Source of the DNA: Candidatus Acetothermia bacterium
Lineage (GTDB): Bacteria > Bipolaricaulota > Bipolaricaulia > UBA7950 > UBA9294
DNA length: 36,002 bases
Direction: 5' to 3'
Assembly: GCA_003545155.1 (NCBI GenBank)
Contig: DQCH01000132.1
Span: forward strand, 2,011-38,012
A program made the translations under genes and the position numbers. The notes beneath the pieces are model-generated. The model was not told the origin of the DNA and ran no database searches. It worked only from the letters and a program-made list of their open reading frames with translations. This document shows, piece after piece, positions 34,838 through 36,002 of the stretch (positions are counted from its first letter, which is position 1; the number at the start of each line of letters is the position of its first letter).

Positions 34838-34950
34838 TAGCCCCGCCTCCTTGTGTTCAGATTAAATCTGTACATCTTGCAACTTTTACCAGTAACCACC
34901 CCCTTAAAACCCCTTTACTTATCGAAAAACTCACCGCCCCAAGCATTTAA

Positions 34951-34978
34951 AATATACCCTCTACAATGCCTTTGTCAA
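34951..34978 (-). promoter_or_regulatory. Sigma-70-like promoter candidate for the ABC transporter operon (TTGACA-16 nt-TATATT) with AT-rich upstream tract
   Basis: On the minus strand, -35 TTGACA at 34973-34978 and -10 TATATT at 34951-34956. The strongly AT-rich stretch at 34983-35015, immediately upstream, resembles an UP element. Confidence 0.45.
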
Positions 34979-35114
34979 GTCCTTAATTAATTATAAGTTA
35001 TGTTTTTTAATAAAACCGTTGCAACACCTCAGAAAAAGTCAAACCGGAAGGACCAGTTCCACGTCATTTTTTGACACCTAAATCCTGTGCTTTCAGTTTG
35101 GGATAGGCAGGGTT

Positions 35115-36002
35115 TCATACCTCCACCGTCTCCTTCCACGCGGGGATATGCACGTCCATAGTGAGCTTCCCCTCGATCGCCTGCTTAAAGCCTTTAAGTG
35201 ACTCCTCTTCGCCATGCACCAGGAAGGCGCAATCAGGGCTCGTCTTCTTAAGCCAGTTTAGGAGGATCGGTTGATCGGCATGAGCGGAGAAACCGTTTAC
35301 AGTCCAGGTCTGCGCCCGCACAGCTGTATCCTCCCCGAAGATGCTCACGCGGTCCGCCCCTTCGATGATCGTCCGTCCCAGAGTACCCCTTGCCTGGTAC
35401 CCAACGAAGATAACCCCGGCCTCCTCCCGCCACAGGTTGTGGCGGAGGTGATGGATAACGCGACCACCAGTGCACATCCCACTTCCGGCGATGATAATGT
35501 TCCCCTCAGGGCTAGCGTTGATCGACTTGGACTCATCGGTGGTCTGGGTGAAGTGAAGCGGCGGAAAGTTGAATGGATTGGGGGATTGGGAGAAGACATC
35601 CTTTCCCTCCACATCGAAGTAGCCAAGATGGCGGGCGAAGATACGCGTGGTGGCGATGGCAAGAGGACTATCAAGAAAGATCTTGCACTTGGGGAGCTCT
35701 TTTTTTTGCCACATGAGAAAGAGTTCGTAGAGCACTTCCTGTGTCCGCTCGAGGGCAAAGGAGGGAATGAGGAGGTTCCCACCACGGCCGATCACCGTCT
35801 CGATCGCCTCCTTCAATTCGAGGACAGAGTCGTCGAGCGACCGGTGTCGTCGATCCCCGTAGGTTGACTCGATAAGGACAATGTCGGCGTGGGGAGGATC
35901 ACTCGGATCACGGACGATCGGCCGATGTCGGTTTCCCAGATCGCCGCTAAAAAGGAGCACCTTTCCTTCCGCACGTAACTCGATCGTCGCTGAACCGAGA
36001 AT
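35115..36002 (-). CDS. Metallo-beta-lactamase fold, beta-CASP family nuclease (C-terminal part; N-terminus beyond window end)
   Basis: The reading frame is open to nt 36002 (ILGSATIELRAEGKVLLFSGDLG...). Contains ESTYGDRRH, the beta-CASP region LIPSFALERTQEVLYEL, GFSAHADQ and LVHGEE motifs. Confidence 0.8.
   Translation of the reverse strand: MLGSATIELRAEGKVLLFSGDLGNRHRPIVRDPSDPPHADIVLIESTYGDRRHRSLDDSVLELKEAIETVIGRGGNLLIPSFALERTQEVLYELFLMWQKKELPKCKIFLDSPLAIATTRIFARHLGYFDVEGKDVFSQSPNPFNFPPLHFTQTTDESKSINASPEGNIIIAGSGMCTGGRVIHHLRHNLWREEAGVIFVGYQARGTLGRTIIEGADRVSIFGEDTAVRAQTWTVNGFSAHADQPILLNWLKKTSPDCAFLVHGEEESLKGFKQAIEGKLTMDVHIPAWKETVEV

Noticed and set aside
1-36002. Scan for CRISPR arrays, transposases/integrases, prophage genes, toxin-antitoxin pairs, restriction-modification or other defence islands, and rRNA genes
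   Set aside because: I saw no direct-repeat/spacer periodicity and no ORF with DDE, tyrosine- or serine-recombinase, capsid or terminase features. No rRNA-like conserved stretches were seen either. Apart from the single HerA-like gene, the window is ordinary core genome.

Overview
This is a 36-kb bacterial chromosomal segment, moderately GC-rich by eye, transcribed almost entirely on the minus strand. The centre (3277-25570) is a core transcription/translation supercluster. rpoC is followed by rpsL-rpsG-fusA, then the S10-, spc- and alpha-operon genes down to rplQ: 33 genes after rpoC, largest spacer about 45 nt, many overlapping stop/start codons. The left flank holds a partial M19 dipeptidase, ridA and kbl on the minus strand, and a divergently transcribed SDR-type tdh. 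The right flank holds, in order: a small FmdB-type zinc-ribbon gene with its own promoter-like and terminator-like signals; a PP-loop-family homologue with a degenerate signature motif downstream of hpf; an orphan HerA/FtsK-type P-loop ATPase with a coiled coil and a C-terminal winged-helix domain; cca; a 494-nt non-coding gap; a four-gene polar amino-acid ABC transporter; and a partial beta-CASP metallo-beta-lactamase nuclease. I found no rRNA, tRNA, CRISPR array, transposase/integrase, or multi-gene defence or secondary-metabolite island. Several points deserve a second look. rpoC is not preceded by rpoB and sits just behind an intrinsic-terminator-like hairpin. Beta-prime is very long (1660 aa) because of lineage-specific insertions, including a tandem array of barrel-hybrid-like modules. 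tuf and rpmD are missing from their usual slots. S11 lacks its conserved C-terminal PHNGCRP tail. The HerA-like ATPase-wHTH fusion is the only candidate for an uncharacterised system, but it is a single gene with no recognisable partner, so I rate it moderate rather than strong. All family assignments come from reading the translations by eye; none was verified by a database search.
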